DNA of 24,054 bases, from IMG/VR virus record IMGVR_UViG_3300038393_001590, positions 1 to 24,054 of that record, one strand, 5' to 3'. Every line of letters starts with the position of its first letter. Position 1 is the first letter of the stretch. Of this stretch, positions 23,061 to 24,054 are shown piece by piece. The position numbers were made by a program, and so were the translations under genes. Source of the stretch: a virus. Its lineage: Duplodnaviria > Caudoviricetes. The notes below the pieces were generated by a model. That model searched no databases. It had not been told where the DNA came from and worked only from the letters and a program-made list of their open reading frames with translations.

Positions 23061-24054
23061 CACATCCACCCCTGGTCGTAGTCGTCCAGGTCGCTCGAGA
23101 TCGTGATCTCGTCGCCCGAAACGATCACTTCTTCCTGCTCGGCTCCGACTACCGGCCTCGTGAAGTACGTCAAGCCGTGGACTACGCAGTCAACCCAGTC
23201 GTCGTTCGCCCCTTTCGGGAACGTCGACGTCTCATCCAAAAAATCATCGAGCCAGTCGGCACGCTCCGGTAGCCAGCACGTCCCAGCGTTCTGGTAACCG
23301 CTGACGCCGTGTGCCCTGACTTCCTTCGACTCGATCGCCGGCATGCCCAGAACGGGAATGATTGGAACCGCGCGCCTCGCGCCATCAGGTCCGATCCACT
23401 CGCCCACCAGGTTGTTCGCCTCGATCTGTTGTCGAAGCGAGATACCTGAACCCTTGTTCTCAACCAGGAGCCGCTCGGGGTAGCGTCCATAACGCGCGCC
23501 AGCCTGCTCCCATCGGTCATAAACCTTGGCCACCAGCTGCGGGAACGGAACGCGATCGCGCCAGGCGTCCGGTACCGCATAGCCCACCTGCGTGTGCAGC
23601 AGATCGATGCCGGCCGAATAATCGTTGTCCTTCTTCTCCTCGAGCGCGGTGTCATACACCTGAATCAGTCGCTCGATGACTGGCAGCTGCTGGAAGTACT
23701 TCCAAGCTCCTCGCTGGAAGATCGTGCCCTGTGCAGCGATGGGTGCCTGTTGGTACAGTGCGGACCAGAACGTTGGACCTTGGTCGACTTGGATCCGGTC
23801 GAGCTCTTCCCTGCTCTGGAACTGCGGCCAGAGAGCCTCATACTTCGGCAGGTACTTCTTCTCGCCTGTCTTCGTGTTCCAGATGTAACTTGATCGTCCA
23901 TCGTCATTCGTCGCCGCGAGGCAGATGACCACCCACTGCGACGCCCTCTTGTCCTTCAGTGCCGCCTTCAGCAACCGCCCAGCGAGGTCGTCGTCGTGCC
24001 ACCTGGTCTGCTGCAGGGTGATCGTGCCGCCTGGCATCAAGCGTGATAGCAGGG
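23060..24054 (-). CDS. terL: Terminase large subunit, C-terminal part (5'-truncated by the window edge)
   Basis: Coupling-motif region QQTRWHDDDLAGRL, WSALYQQAP, and RNase H-like nuclease motifs VYDTA, DNDYSA, VENKGSG and FPKGANDDWVD. The frame is open to the window end. Confidence 0.93.
   Translation of the reverse strand, partial: LLSRLMPGGTITLQQTRWHDDDLAGRLLKAALKDKRASQWVVICLAATNDDGRSSYIWNTKTGEKKYLPKYEALWPQFQSREELDRIQVDQGPTFWSALYQQAPIAAQGTIFQRGAWKYFQQLPVIERLIQVYDTALEEKKDNDYSAGIDLLHTQVGYAVPDAWRDRVPFPQLVAKVYDRWEQAGARYGRYPERLLVENKGSGISLRQQIEANNLVGEWIGPDGARRAVPIIPVLGMPAIESKEVRAHGVSGYQNAGTCWLPERADWLDDFLDETSTFPKGANDDWVDCVVHGLTYFTRPVVGAEQEEVIVSGDEITISSDLDDYDQGWM

Larger units (their letters stand above)
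1010..24054 (-). mobile_element. Siphovirus-type phage/prophage head-tail morphogenesis (late) module; extends beyond the right edge of the window
   Basis: Canonical gene order terminase-portal-protease-capsid-connectors-tail tube-chaperone-tape measure-tail tip. All genes are co-oriented, many with overlapping start/stop codons (TGATG, ATGA, GTGA). No sheath gene. No integrase or att site is visible, so prophage versus free phage cannot be decided. Confidence 0.95.

Noticed and set aside
1-24054. tRNA, rRNA, CRISPR array, IS element, integrase or att site
   Set aside because: None was recognisable; the window is almost fully coding, with intergenic gaps of about 100 nt or less.

Overview
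Almost the whole window (about 1010-24054, minus strand) is a contiguous, tightly coupled virion-morphogenesis operon of a long non-contractile-tailed (siphovirus-type) phage or prophage. Gene order: terminase large subunit (5'-truncated), four small ORFs, portal, two Cys/His mini-ORFs, SPP1 gp7/Mu gpF-like head protein, a Cys-rich mini-ORF, prohead protease-scaffold fusion, DUF2190-like cement protein, Mu gpT-like major capsid protein, four head-tail joining genes, tail tube, tail assembly chaperone with a -1 frameshift, tape measure, Dit-like protein, hub, a modular tail-tip/fibre protein and two further fibre/lectin-like proteins. A convergent GT87-like membrane glycosyltransferase (5'-truncated) and a hidden 43-aa membrane ORF lie at the left end on the plus strand. 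Three things stand out. (i) The last two fibre/lectin genes of the tail module carry Sec-type signal peptides (AAA|Q) and paired cysteines. (ii) The major capsid protein starts with a transmembrane-like leader ahead of probable Glu-specific maturation sites. (iii) The head module holds a cluster of Cys-rich mini-proteins or segments. Together these suggest an envelope-linked virion assembly or display system. All family calls come from motif recognition by eye, not database searches. The host (possibly Acidobacteriota) is only inferred.
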